Shown piece after piece: positions 21,557 to 32,690 of a stretch of 64,000 nucleotides of DNA (within the stretch, counting starts at the first letter, position 1; each line of letters begins with the position of its first letter). The position numbers were made by a program, and so were the translations under genes. The notes under the pieces were generated by a model. The model was not told the origin of the DNA. It searched no databases and saw only the letters and a list, made by a program, of their open reading frames with translations. Source of the DNA: Piedraia hortae CBS 480.64 (lineage: Eukaryota); assembly GCA_010093745.1 (NCBI GenBank), contig MU005964.1, positions 248,001 to 312,000 of the forward strand. Direction: 5' to 3'.

Positions 21557-24061
21557 ATGACTGATTCCTACTTTTATGATCTGCCCTATGGCCTCTATGG
21601 GGAGGCAACTTATGACCCAGAGGAACAAGTTTGGAATTTTCAGCGAACACCGGACCCCGAATTCTACCTGCGCCAGCTAGGCGAGGTCAAGATACACAAT
21701 GGAGCCGAGCGGGATCTTTCGATACCGGAACGGTATCACAGTAACCAGAAACCAAGATTGAGATATGCGAGCGAGATTAACAGTCTCGTGCAATATTGTC
21801 CGGAAATCCAACCGGCAGCTTCCTTGTTGCCTTCGTTTCTGAGACTTGCCGAGTCGGTCGAACAAGGCCTGGCATGTCAGGATTCACTAGAGGGGAGCCT
21901 TCTTGACCATGGTAGCATATTCTCAAACGTACTCCATGCTGCTATACATGTCGTTGTCTTTGCATGCGGTCTTAACGGATGCAATGTGAAGATAGCTCGA
22001 ATACGGCCTCAACGTCAAGGTTGGGATGATACGAAAAAGATGTGGATCGAATATCCCGTTTTACACGGTGAAACTGCCACCTGGAATGGACCCGGGGCAC
22101 CGATACAACAGGTCTGTCTTGCTCACTGTGCTACCGAACGACTTGTGAGCTGTTTGGCAGTTAGGTTACCCAACCAGACTATTATACTACGACCTGTACA
22201 TAGGAGTAAGCCTGCTGCTCTTAATTTGAGTACTACATTTATATTGGCTGTTGAGGATGTATCCCACGCCCATGTCACCTTTAACCCTTGGTATCCGAGA
22301 CAGTTTGCGGTTGTGGATGTCAAAGGGAAGTGGAGCGTCTGGGAACTGGACAAGCATTATGGACGAGGTAAACTCGTCAGCAGCGGAGAATTGAGAGCAT
22401 CAGAAATGGTGCAGGATGGATGGGCTCGACTGCAGTGGGTTCTAAATTTTGGACTTCTTGCAGTCTGCAACCGCGAGCATTTGGTTCTTGTTACTGTCCC
22501 CGAAGATGACTCTAACTCTCCCGTTGCGAGTACGGTAAAGGTCCGACGGTGCGACCCAGTTGGATGGATATTGGATATGGTCATATTGCCATCACACACT
22601 TCGCACATATTCCTCCTCACCACATCCCATCTCATCATCTACCACGTAACAGATGAAAGCACTGCAAAAGAAGTCCTATGTCTTCGCCACTACCGAAGCC
22701 CAGAGAACACCAGCCTCAGCATGCTCGTCGTTCGACAGGAGCACACCGAGGATTTCATCGTGCTCATCCGCTCAGCCATCGACCCTGTCGTTCAACTCTG
22801 GCCCATTCGTCTTTCCATCGACGGCAAAGCAACCTACTCCGACGCCGGCGAGCTCCGTCTCCCAAATTCCAAACCACTCTCAGGCTGGGCCTTGCTCGGC
22901 ACCTCTTACAACTCCACAGACGAAACCCTGGATGAGGTCGAATCCAGCAAAGCATCCCAATACCAAACCCATGAAATCACATTCAAATCGATGTTAACCC
23001 TCCAACGAGATCTCACCCTCAACCAAACCCTCTACGTCCAAATCCCCTGTCTAGCAGCCCAAGTATCAATCAACGCACCCACCTGGGCCCGCACCCTACG
23101 CAAGCGACACCTAACCGCAACCTTCATCCTCGACGACGACGAAGTCGTTGACGCAGTCAACGCAGGGGACTCAGTCGACCACAACCCCTCCTCTTCCTTC
23201 CTCTCCCTCTGGCGGAGCAGCCACACCAGCACCCAAGGGGGTCAGGTAACCGACCTCACCCTCGCCTCGAAAACCTACCTCACCCAACCCATCCAAACCG
23301 AAATTGACACCATCCAACCGCAAAGCGACCCTACCTCCCTCCCATCCAAAACCCTCCGCGAAGCATCCCTCCTCACCGAACCAAAGGTAAATGATATGGA
23401 GGCGGCATCCGCACACCTCACCTCTCTCTCCCTAGCACTCACTACCACTCCGCGCGAAGCATCCCTCCCCTCCCGCGAGCTGCAGGATATATACCGTGCG
23501 TTGTTGGGGGTGTACCTCTCCCCCCTTGCACCTTCTATCTCAGGAGGTGTGAGACTTCGTCTCGAGGGGGTGGTACGCACTGTTGCTGCTGAGATGGCGC
23601 TTTCAGCGAGGGTTTTACACCCCGTGGGAGCTGATGAGGGGAGGGCTGATGAGGAGAGGGATGCTAACGCGATTCCGCATCCAGAGGGAAGTTTTCTTGG
23701 TAGGAGAACGTGGTTTTTTCTGCCATCGACGTTTACGGGTGCTATGGCGAGGAGGAGGACGAGGAGGCTACTTAGTCATTGGAGTGTAGGTGAGGAGCCG
23801 GAGGGGTATGATTATTTTTTTGAAAGGGGTAGAGAAAGGGAGACCGAGACCGAGACCGAGACTGAGACTGAGAGAGGGAATGATCAGGAGGGGGAGAGGA
23901 GGAAGAGGAAGAAGGAGAAGAAGAAGAAGAGGGTTGGGAATGTTATTGTGGGGGAGAGTGCGAGTCAACCACTCCCGGAACGGACAGTTACGACAGTACA
24001 ATTTGCTAGTCAGGCCCCTACGTCGAGTGGGAAGAGGAAGAAGAGGAAGGTTGGATTCTAG
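21557..24061 (+). CDS. RRN6: RNA polymerase I core factor subunit Rrn6-like
   Basis: LPYGLYGEATYD start, HAHVTFNPW...FAVVDVKGKWSVW, LLSHW...PEGYDY, basic KKRKVGF end. Confidence 0.75.
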   Translation: MTDSYFYDLPYGLYGEATYDPEEQVWNFQRTPDPEFYLRQLGEVKIHNGAERDLSIPERYHSNQKPRLRYASEINSLVQYCPEIQPAASLLPSFLRLAESVEQGLACQDSLEGSLLDHGSIFSNVLHAAIHVVVFACGLNGCNVKIARIRPQRQGWDDTKKMWIEYPVLHGETATWNGPGAPIQQVCLAHCATERLVSCLAVRLPNQTIILRPVHRSKPAALNLSTTFILAVEDVSHAHVTFNPWYPRQFAVVDVKGKWSVWELDKHYGRGKLVSSGELRASEMVQDGWARLQWVLNFGLLAVCNREHLVLVTVPEDDSNSPVASTVKVRRCDPVGWILDMVILPSHTSHIFLLTTSHLIIYHVTDESTAKEVLCLRHYRSPENTSLSMLVVRQEHTEDFIVLIRSAIDPVVQLWPIRLSIDGKATYSDAGELRLPNSKPLSGWALLGTSYNSTDETLDEVESSKASQYQTHEITFKSMLTLQRDLTLNQTLYVQIPCLAAQVSINAPTWARTLRKRHLTATFILDDDEVVDAVNAGDSVDHNPSSSFLSLWRSSHTSTQGGQVTDLTLASKTYLTQPIQTEIDTIQPQSDPTSLPSKTLREASLLTEPKVNDMEAASAHLTSLSLALTTTPREASLPSRELQDIYRALLGVYLSPLAPSISGGVRLRLEGVVRTVAAEMALSARVLHPVGADEGRADEERDANAIPHPEGSFLGRRTWFFLPSTFTGAMARRRTRRLLSHWSVGEEPEGYDYFFERGRERETETETETETERGNDQEGERRKRKKEKKKKRVGNVIVGESASQPLPERTVTTVQFASQAPTSSGKRKKRKVGF
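23840..23873 (+). repeat. Coding hexanucleotide repeat (GAGACC/GAGACT)n encoding (ET)n
   Basis: gagaccgagaccgagaccgagactgagactgag. Confidence 0.8.
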
Positions 24062-24238
24062 ATTGTGGGTGTTCAATCGTAGGATGTACGTGTGGGTTAC
24101 TTTTCTTTTGTATCTATATTTTCATTGGTGGAACAACAGTCAATCAGCAGGACGGCAAAGGAGAGAAAATTCAACTTGCGAATTACAACATTAATGCGGA
24201 TTAGAATAGACAGTAGGGTATCTCTTCAGTCTTTACAA

Positions 24239-26341
24239 TTACTTCAGCTGCAAAGCGGGGATGCTCAGACCGTAACCTTCAGTATGGCCCTCACGGTCGC
24301 TGGGGTTCTTCTCTATTCGGAGAGTGATGTCCAGTCCGTCAACGCCGGCGAGACCTGTTCGAGCGATGCCTTGGGCGGCGGGATGGGTTGTTCCAGCGCC
24401 TTGCTCGCCTGAATGAAGAGCATGACGTGGGTTGTCTGACGGCTTAAAGTCGAGTGGTGGAGTGCCATTTGCTGTCGTCGGCTCTGCGTTGATGTGTGCG
24501 TTCGATTCACAGATGATGGCATAGTTTCGGCTTGGCATCGTAGCATGGTTGCTGGACGCCGTCTTAGCTTGCACGCCGGGCTCACCAGCCCCAGGGTTCT
24601 TGTCGAACAGCTCCAGCAGAGTCTCATCCGTGTCATAATCCAAATGGTGAATTTTGTTACGACGTGCCAGCAGATTTGCGACTGCCTGAGGTGGAGGTTT
24701 ATTGGTGATAGCTGAGCTGACGACATTGACCATGTACCTGTAATCACCCTCGACCGGGATCCCGAGCTTCGGATTTGCGTAGAATCGACCCATGGCTCCA
24801 AGATGAACATCACCGCCAAGAATGGTAATACGCACACCATGCGCCTTTGATAACTGCTGCAGCTTGAGGATAAGCATCTTACGCTCCTTTTTGTGCTGAT
24901 GAGCCGTGTAATGATCGTCCAAGTCATCCAGCAAATCAACACCGCCGTCAAACTGATTAAAGAGACCACCAGCCAAGCCAAATCGCTTGTTCAGGAAGCG
25001 GATGGGGCCAATGACGGGTGACGATAAAATGTTTTCCAGCCACTGCAGACGAGGGTAGGCGATTGGAACACCGAGCAGGAGAATAAGATGCCTAATGGCA
25101 CCACCAGAGGCGGTAAGCTGCTGACTGACATGAGAAAAAATTTTCTCATAAGTCTCAGGATAGTTGATTTGATGCCGCGTCCGCTCTGTCCGCGCATCGA
25201 TGCCAAAGAAGGCAATACGCTTACCAAGCTGACAGTAGATGTTTCGGCTGCGTTCCTCGACGTACGGACCCGGCTTATCTCCTATGATGTAGCTGGGATC
25301 CTCAGCTCCAACAGTCATGACAAAGGTGTCGCTGAGCTGCTGCTTGTCCGCCGGGGTATCACCAGAGGTGTGCATGGTTTGAGGAGCATCAGTGGTAAAG
25401 GTTGACTTAGGCGGAGGGAGGTGATGCTGGAAGAGCATGTAATACTTGTGTGCAACTCCGCCGATTCCACGGAAGACGGGAGCGCGCATGAAGTGGTCGG
25501 TGTACGAGCCGAAGCCGTCAATGATGTCGTGATCATCCCAAATATTCAGCTGCGGGATCTGACCATTGGCATCAGAGAACGGATGGGTGGAATACCAGCG
25601 CATATAATTTTGGAAGTAAAAGTCATCGCACTGGTCTCTCATCTCATGGCCAAATGGGAAGTCGCGTCTCTTACGCGGGTTGGAAATGTCCGTCCACGGC
25701 TTCAACGGACCCTTTACTCGCACACTATCGTTGTAAATCTGGTCACCGCCTCCAATCATGACGTGGAACGGCTGCTGGTAGTGGGTGCGGAGAACGTCGT
25801 TCCACAGCGCCGGACCGGACCAGGCTTCCTCGTCTGTTCCGACACTGAAGCCGTTGCAGGAATGGAACATGATGCGGAAACTTTCATGCTTGGACGGCAC
25901 GGCGAAGCGCGTTGGCTTATTTACATTCTGTCTCTCGCCCGTGGCCGACACCATCCCGGGAATTTGGTACTCCCAGATCATCTCCTGGTCCAAGAACGGC
26001 AGCTCGATCAGGTAGCGCCAAAAGGCCTTCTTCGGGTCCTCGTACAGCTTGACGCCCGGGTAGGTTGCCTGCAGCCCGGAGAGGTTACCCTGTTGCACGG
26101 AATTGCGCGGGCCGGCGCAGTGCAGATGCAACGAGGTGTCCCGCTGTCCGGGAGTCGTTACGAGCAACACGCTACCATGCCATACTGGGCTCTCCGTGTT
26201 CGCGCCACTCATGCGACGGTAATTGAGCAATGGACCGCAAAGAACCTCGATATTCCCCGAGGTGCTGACCACCTGCGGCCCTTGACCGACTCCATTCGGC
26301 TGCGTCGACTGTGCCGACTGCGAAAACTGCTGGCCGTCCAT
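24239..26341 (-). CDS. PhoD-like metallophosphatase domain protein
   Basis: MFHSCNGFS, GGGDQIYND, NIWDDHDIIDGFGSY, GGDVH. Confidence 0.88.
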   Translation of the reverse strand: MDGQQFSQSAQSTQPNGVGQGPQVVSTSGNIEVLCGPLLNYRRMSGANTESPVWHGSVLLVTTPGQRDTSLHLHCAGPRNSVQQGNLSGLQATYPGVKLYEDPKKAFWRYLIELPFLDQEMIWEYQIPGMVSATGERQNVNKPTRFAVPSKHESFRIMFHSCNGFSVGTDEEAWSGPALWNDVLRTHYQQPFHVMIGGGDQIYNDSVRVKGPLKPWTDISNPRKRRDFPFGHEMRDQCDDFYFQNYMRWYSTHPFSDANGQIPQLNIWDDHDIIDGFGSYTDHFMRAPVFRGIGGVAHKYYMLFQHHLPPPKSTFTTDAPQTMHTSGDTPADKQQLSDTFVMTVGAEDPSYIIGDKPGPYVEERSRNIYCQLGKRIAFFGIDARTERTRHQINYPETYEKIFSHVSQQLTASGGAIRHLILLLGVPIAYPRLQWLENILSSPVIGPIRFLNKRFGLAGGLFNQFDGGVDLLDDLDDHYTAHQHKKERKMLILKLQQLSKAHGVRITILGGDVHLGAMGRFYANPKLGIPVEGDYRYMVNVVSSAITNKPPPQAVANLLARRNKIHHLDYDTDETLLELFDKNPGAGEPGVQAKTASSNHATMPSRNYAIICESNAHINAEPTTANGTPPLDFKPSDNPRHALHSGEQGAGTTHPAAQGIARTGLAGVDGLDITLRIEKNPSDREGHTEGYGLSIPALQLK

Positions 26342-26482
26342 GCTGGTGAATGAGAATGTAGAGAGGCAAAAGGAAAGTGAAACGGACGTTTTAACAGTCG
26401 CCGTAGCAACGTTGCAAGGCTACAAGGCAGCCGTGCATCAATGTAATTTGGCGAGGCCCCACGTGTCAGCGGAAGCGGGCCG

Positions 26483-27616
26483 CTAGCCTCTTGCATTGTT
26501 GAATCGTCGTCGGCGGGGCACACGTCGACCTTCGTCCTCGCCTGCCTCTTCGACGTCTTCCTTGCCTTTTTCCAGCTTTCCGTCGTGTAGATCCCCCGCT
26601 TCCAGACCCCAGTCGGAGGGGTCGTACCAGTCTTCGCCGTCGCTCATTTCCGTGTGAACGCCACCCCGGCTGTCCACAATCATGTGACCCTCAGCCTTGC
26701 ACGCGCGAAACACTTCCCTGCGTTGGCGGTCAGCACGCTGTAGCCCGGCATATAGCATCTCGAGGTGCTGGACTGTGATATCCTGCTTCTGAATGTAAAG
26801 GATGAACGCCCTCCGCGTATCCTCTGCTTCTTGTGGTGGGAGGCCCATATCATGGTCTGTTCGTGCGGCCGCCGGCACTCGGAACCACGGGTTTAGCGGC
26901 GGGGGACTACCGTCCGAGCTCGCTGACGATGTCGCAGCAGCCCTAGGAGCTCCACCATGAGCCTCTGCCGCGCCGTCTACAGTTTGGGCAACAGTTTCCT
27001 GAGCTACAGTCCCATCAGCTGCTCCCTGCAGCCTAGGCACCTCGACGTTGAAGCACTCTATGAGCAGTTGCTCGTCACCGTCTGTTTGGTATCGTTGCAG
27101 AGCCATCCATTGCCCGTCTCCACGCAGACTTTGCAGGAACCTCTTGGCTTTCCATAGAATGTTTCGTTCACGGCGCAGCATGGCCTCCACATCCTTTACC
27201 AACCGCGTCAACCCTGGGTCGGTGTAAGCTCTGGAATAGCTGGGATGGTGTGGCAGCTCGGCGGCGCTTGTCAGGGGGGCTAAGGTCTTCTCCAATTGCA
27301 CGTCTGCAAACGGGTTGTCTTCCACGGGCTCTGCGTCAATGTCTTCGTCTTCCATCTCGTCCTCCTCCACAACGTCGCCATCTTCGTCGTAACGTGTTGG
27401 TAGCCTGCTCATGATCGGGCGCTCATAGCCTGCGTAGTTGATGCGAATCTTGTGGCCTGTGTTGTTGAGCCCGTCTTCGTCCAGTTTGCGGCCGCGATTG
27501 GACGATGAGAGCGGGAGGCGATCGTCTCCGACATCCTGCCTTTGCTGAGCATTACGACGAGTTGCAAGCTTCATAGCCCGGATCGTCTCGGCGAACTGAA
27601 TCTGCTGCGCCGCCAT
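26483..27616 (-). CDS. RXT2: Rpd3L histone deacetylase complex subunit Rxt2-like
   Basis: MAAQQIQFAETIRAMK, SNRGRKL, LAPLTSAAELPHHPS, EMSDGEDWYD. Confidence 0.8.
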   Translation of the reverse strand: MAAQQIQFAETIRAMKLATRRNAQQRQDVGDDRLPLSSSNRGRKLDEDGLNNTGHKIRINYAGYERPIMSRLPTRYDEDGDVVEEDEMEDEDIDAEPVEDNPFADVQLEKTLAPLTSAAELPHHPSYSRAYTDPGLTRLVKDVEAMLRRERNILWKAKRFLQSLRGDGQWMALQRYQTDGDEQLLIECFNVEVPRLQGAADGTVAQETVAQTVDGAAEAHGGAPRAAATSSASSDGSPPPLNPWFRVPAAARTDHDMGLPPQEAEDTRRAFILYIQKQDITVQHLEMLYAGLQRADRQRREVFRACKAEGHMIVDSRGGVHTEMSDGEDWYDPSDWGLEAGDLHDGKLEKGKEDVEEAGEDEGRRVPRRRRFNNARG

Positions 27617-27740
27617 TGCGAATGCTGTGGGAGGGATCTGGAACTCTGGTGTCTGGGCGGATATCGTCCGACAATTAGCCGACGCCAAGACTTCCCCCGG
27701 AAGTGACCCGACGTTTATCCTCGTGCCTTCCTTTTTGGGC

Positions 27741-29306
27741 ATGGCCACCATGAGCTTGGCATGTTCTTTGAATAAACCAGTAGTTTTTCTTCAAGTAGGA
27801 CGACTGCAGCGGAGCATTCGACTCTACGGCAAATACGCCCCCAAAGAAGCTATATCTCTTCATCGACAAAAAGTTTCCCAAGTCTCCGAAGCCGTCAAAG
27901 ACTTTTACTCTCGAGGCCAATTCTTTCGAATATCCCATGGCTCTACCAACAGCACAAGACAATCCTCCCTCGGTCGGGATCCAAAAAAGGTCGTCGACAC
28001 CAGCCAACTCTCCAATGTCCTGCACATTGACACCGAACGACGCACAGCACTCGTAGAGCCTAATGTGCCCATGGACCTCCTCATCGAAGCCACACTAGCC
28101 CACCAGCTCATCCCACCCGTCGTTATGGAATTCCCCGGCATCACCGTCGGAGGCGGCTTCAACGGAACGAGCGGAGAAAGTTCCTCATTCCGCCACGGCT
28201 TCTTCGACCGTACCCTGGACGAGATCGAAATGGTCCTCGCAGACGGGGAAATCATTGCCTGCTCCGACCAACAAAACAGCGACCTCTTCCGCGGCGCGGC
28301 AGGCGCCCTCGGCACCTTTGGCGTCACAACCCTCCTCAAAATCCGCCTCATCCCAGCCTCCAAGTACGTCGAAACAACCTACCACCCTGTGCACAGCATC
28401 AACGAAGCGCTCACCCTCCTCCGCCAAACCGCCAACCCAGATGACCCCTCAATCGACTACATCGACGGAATAATGTTCTCCCCCTCCCACGGAGTCATCA
28501 TAACCGGCCGCCTCACCAACGAAACGGACTCAACACTCCCAGTAACCCGCTTCTCCTCTCCATCCGACGAGTGGTTCTACCTCCATGCCCACACCAAAAC
28601 CACGCCCACGAAGGAACTCGTCCCTTTGGGTGACTACCTCTTCCGCTATGACCGCGGCGGCTTCTGGGTCGGCCTCGCCGCCTTTTCCTACTTCAAATCC
28701 CTCATCCCATTCACAAAAACAACCCGCTCCTTTCTCGACGATTTTTTGCATACGAGAATGCTTTACCGTGCTCTCCACGCGTCGGGGGAGGCGGAGAGGA
28801 TGATCATCCAGGACCTTGCATTGCCGTATCGCTCCGCGGAGAGGTTTGTAGAGTTTTGTGCCAGAGAGACGGGGATCTGGCCGCTTTGGTTTTGTCCGCT
28901 GAGACAGAGTCCGGGGCCGACGATGCATCCGCATAGCGAGGGGGAGGGGCAGTTGGTTAATATTGGGTTATGGGGGATGGGGCCGGAGGAGAGGGAGGGA
29001 TTTAGGGGGATTAATCGTGAGATTGAGAAGATGTTGGCCGAGTGTGGGGGTATGAGATGGTTGTATGCTCAGACTTTTTGTGGGAGGGAGGAGTTTTGGG
29101 GGGATTTTGATTATGATTGGTATGCTGCGTTGAGGAAGAAGTATCGTGCCGAGGGTTTGCCGGATGTGTTTGAAAAGATTTCTGGGAGGGGGGTCAAGGT
29201 GGAGAGGGCTTGGTGGAAGAAAATTTGGCCTGTGGCGGGGATTATTGGGCTTAGGGAGGCGATTAGGAGTAAAGATTATTTAAAGGCGAGGGGGAGAAAG
29301 TGGTAA
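27741..29306 (+). CDS. FAD-linked oxidoreductase, delta(24)-sterol reductase (DHCR24)-like
   Basis: HGSTNSTR, VEPNVPMD, VMEFPGITVGG...GESSSFRHGFFD, YLFRYDRGGFW. Confidence 0.88.
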   Translation: MATMSLACSLNKPVVFLQVGRLQRSIRLYGKYAPKEAISLHRQKVSQVSEAVKDFYSRGQFFRISHGSTNSTRQSSLGRDPKKVVDTSQLSNVLHIDTERRTALVEPNVPMDLLIEATLAHQLIPPVVMEFPGITVGGGFNGTSGESSSFRHGFFDRTLDEIEMVLADGEIIACSDQQNSDLFRGAAGALGTFGVTTLLKIRLIPASKYVETTYHPVHSINEALTLLRQTANPDDPSIDYIDGIMFSPSHGVIITGRLTNETDSTLPVTRFSSPSDEWFYLHAHTKTTPTKELVPLGDYLFRYDRGGFWVGLAAFSYFKSLIPFTKTTRSFLDDFLHTRMLYRALHASGEAERMIIQDLALPYRSAERFVEFCARETGIWPLWFCPLRQSPGPTMHPHSEGEGQLVNIGLWGMGPEEREGFRGINREIEKMLAECGGMRWLYAQTFCGREEFWGDFDYDWYAALRKKYRAEGLPDVFEKISGRGVKVERAWWKKIWPVAGIIGLREAIRSKDYLKARGRKW

Positions 29307-29315
29307 GGTGCTCTA

Positions 29316-30408
29316 TCAACGAAAAGAAAGGCTTTCGAACTTGACCTTGATCTCATCAGCGTGCACACGACGACCGGTTAGGTCGTAGAATCGAGCGGCG
29401 ATTTGACGCCAGGTTAGCCCTGGGTTTGTTTCGACTAGACACACCATGGTGTGCAGCTCCTGTAGCGAGAACATTGCGTCTTCGGTGATGTCTTGCACTT
29501 CGCTGAGAGTGAACCTCGGGCGGCCGCTTGAGGCTGTTTGCGTTGTAGACTGGTAAGCACTAGTAGAAGTGCAAGAGCGCGTGTGGTGAGACCAATGGTG
29601 AGTTGGCATGTACCCAGACGGTGGAGTCGTGGTGGGCCACTTGGACGGAGTCGACATGTGCTTAAAGGTTGACTCACTTCCGGATGATGCAGACGAGGAC
29701 ATCGATCGTGGCTTGAATGAGCTTGGCCTCGGCTTGACGGTCGACTCACTTTTGAATGACTGTATGGACGACGCCGATCTTGGCTGGGAGCATGTCGAAT
29801 CACTCCTGATTGATGCTGATTTACACTTGGAAAGGGATGGCTCCCCTTTGAATGGCGTCAATTTCTCAGAACAAATCGACTCACCTCTGGACGGTGCTGC
29901 CCTGTGCTTGGAGTAAGCAGACTCACTTCTTGGGGATGCCCATTTTTTCTCCAATTCCATCGCCTCATATCTGGACGATGCCGCCCTCTGCTTGAATGGA
30001 CTCAACCCACCTTTGGAAGGTGCTGGTCTTTGATGGGTCACAGTCGACCCATTTCTGCATGGTGTCGACACCTGCTTTGACGGACTAGCTGTATGCATGT
30101 TCTTCTGCATCGGAGCAACAACAGTCTCTTCACCAATAGCATGCTGATCCTCTTCAACGACTTCTTCTGGTGAGTCACGGTAGCGTATCATTACCGAACG
30201 TCCCTTGTGGTCCTTACGTATGCCATATTGAAACTGATATCCTGTAAGTCTGTGTACGTCATCAAATATGTGGAGGCAAGGCTACCTTTCCCAGCTTCTT
30301 TTTGGGAGATTTCCCCAGTTCTTCCTTGGGGGAGTGGCATCCAGGACTAAAGACGTCTTTCAACGTAAAGTCTGCGAGACCTTTTGGGTATTCGGCCGAA
30401 TCGGCCAT
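29316..30408 (-). CDS. Hypothetical Ser-rich protein with C-terminal Myb/SANT-like helix-turn-helix (one intron)
   Basis: MADSAEY...KKLGK|GYQFQYG... joins the 291-aa ORF; C-terminal WRQIAARFYDLTGRRV. Confidence 0.6.
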
Positions 30409-30927
30409 CAGTAGGTTGGCGCAGAGTCAATATTTGCACAATGGGAGAATGCAAGTGAGTAACGCGACTGGTGACGCATAGTTTGTTTTGATGACGCGCT
30501 TCTTGGAGAAATGGAGGTGTGAATGGGGGGTTGATATTGAGTGCATGTTGAATGGTGCAACTTGGGTGTGCAAGCAGTTCGAGAGGTGGATAATAGTAGG
30601 AGATGTACAGGTTGATAATTGCAGGAGGATGTTAGTCGGTGGTGTTACGATAAGGCTGGATGAAAGCTGTTACAGCATGATACGAAGGTCAGAGCTGGCG
30701 TCTAGATGTTGACAGAGTTGGTACAATAAACAGTAGAAATTTGGCACATGATGCGAGATGGGAGCCTCTATTTCTATACTGGACTATATCAGTTAGTATT
30801 TTATTGCTGATCAGTCGAACAATTTGTGGATGCGTGGATGTGAGGATGCGTGGAGTTGAAGTCCAGGACGGACCAATTCCGCGCGACCGCACGTCCAAGA
30901 TCAGCACAACAGTCAAAGCCAGCAACG

Positions 30928-31615
30928 ATGGCCATACTACTCCTGATTCTCGGCTTTTTCTTGGCCTGTCATGCGCACAACATCCAGCTCAAATCACACT
31001 CGCGCGAGTGTTTCCACGAGACTCTACACAGTGGCGACAAGATGGTAGTTACTTTCCAGGTCGGAGACCGGGAATTTGGAGGCAGTGGAAACCTCGATGT
31101 GGACTTCTGGGTATGTTGTAAGACAGCAGCCGAACTTAACTAAGAACCGAGTAGATTCAAGATCCCCAAAACGGCTTCGTCGTCCAGGACAAGAGCGTCA
31201 GCTCCGGTGACCATTCCTTTGACGCCAAGATGGATGGCAAGTACATCTACTGCTTCAGCAACGAACACTGGGCAGCCAATACCAAAGAGGTCAGCTTCAA
31301 TGTGCACGGTATTGTATACGTACCGCAGAGCGAAGCGTCCGATGATCCGTTGGAGCGTGAAGTGCGCCAGCTCTCTGAATTGCTCGCCCAAGTCAAGGAC
31401 GAGCAGTCTTATATCGTTGTCCGTGAACGCACTCATCGCAACACCGCTGAATCCACCAATTCGCGTGTCAAGTGGTGGAGCATTTTCCAGCTTCTTGTGC
31501 TCGTTGGGGAGGGCCTCTTCCAGGTCTGGTGGTTGAAGCGGTTCTTCGAGGTGAGAACAAGACATTAATCCCTCCGTCCAAACTGACTTTTTTTTAGGTC
31601 AAACGGGTTGTATAA
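30928..31615 (+). CDS. EMP24: p24/GOLD cargo receptor Emp24 (3 exons)
   Basis: Signal peptide, RECFHE, GKYIYCFSN, RERTHRNTAESTNSRVKWWS, end FFEVKRVV. Confidence 0.95.
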
Positions 31616-31651
31616 GTAACAACTCATTTCTGTCTAATGCGTATTCCATGA

Positions 31652-32599
31652 TCACAATATCTTTGCATGCTCCAGCGCCTTGACTATATCTTCAATATCC
31701 TGTGGCCCTGTCCTGCAGCATCCCCCGATCAGTCTTGCACCTGAAGTGTACCATTTTCTCGCCTGGTTTGCCAATCTTCCCCCTACAGGTCTAGGTCCCT
31801 TCCATTCCTTCTTTTCCGGATCCCAAATTTCACCCGAATTGGGATACACAACCCAGGGCAAAGTTCCAATTCCGGGAGTATTCAGCTGCGTCAGTGTGAG
31901 GTTGACCATCTGCACAGGAACACAGTTAACTCCAAACGCAACAACACAGTCATCATATCTCTCCACAACCTCATATACCTCCTTTAGCGGAGTCCCATCG
32001 GCCAAGTGGCCTGCCTCGCAAAGCGAACAGCCAACCCAAGCAATTGCCCTCGTTTCCCTCACCAGCTCCAACACGACTTTGATTTCCGCCAGAGAAGGCA
32101 TAGTTTCCAGCGCCAAGACATGAACACCAGCTCTAATCAGAGCATCCATCCTTCCCGAATGGAATCGTCTAAACTCACTCTCGCTCAGCGAATACGCACC
32201 GGTATATTCCGCACCGTTAGCGAGGTAAGCCCCATATGGTCCAATCGAGCCCGCAACCAGCAATTTCTTCTTCGAAGGTACCTCAGTAGCAGCCTGTCTA
32301 GCTAGCGAAACGCTTTCTTCCACAAGCCGCACAGCCGCAGAATCATCTATCCCAAGCCCCTCCTTTAACCCAACAACACTAGCCTGATAAGATGCAGTAA
32401 TAGCAATATCCGCTCCAGCTTCATAGTAAGCCTTGTGAACCGCCTTTAAGACATCGGGGTTGGAGGCGAGGAGTTTCGCAGACCATAGCTTCGAGTTGAG
32501 ATCATAGCCGCGACGTGCACATTCCGTCGCGAGGCCGCCATCAAGTATTAATACCTTTTGGGAGGAAATGAGGGATATAAATTCAGATTTGGTGAGCAT
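31652..32599 (-). CDS. Homocysteine S-methyltransferase (Mht1/Sam4/MmuM family)
   Basis: ILDGGLATE, ASYQA, GSIGPYGA...GAEY, GVNC, GGCCRT. Confidence 0.93.
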   Translation of the reverse strand: MLTKSEFISLISSQKVLILDGGLATECARRGYDLNSKLWSAKLLASNPDVLKAVHKAYYEAGADIAITASYQASVVGLKEGLGIDDSAAVRLVEESVSLARQAATEVPSKKKLLVAGSIGPYGAYLANGAEYTGAYSLSESEFRRFHSGRMDALIRAGVHVLALETMPSLAEIKVVLELVRETRAIAWVGCSLCEAGHLADGTPLKEVYEVVERYDDCVVAFGVNCVPVQMVNLTLTQLNTPGIGTLPWVVYPNSGEIWDPEKKEWKGPRPVGGRLANQARKWYTSGARLIGGCCRTGPQDIEDIVKALEHAKIL

Positions 32600-32690
32600 T
32601 TTTGATTTCTGGTTTGCAGTGATTGAGGCTAAAAGGGGTGGTGAACCCTAATCGACCCTACCAAGCAATGGGCATTTGTGGGTGTTGCTG

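Noticed and set aside
27617..27751. Apparent overlap of RXT2 and DHCR24-like ORFs
   Set aside because: Artefact of the earliest-start ORF calls; likely ATGs (27616, 27741) do not overlap
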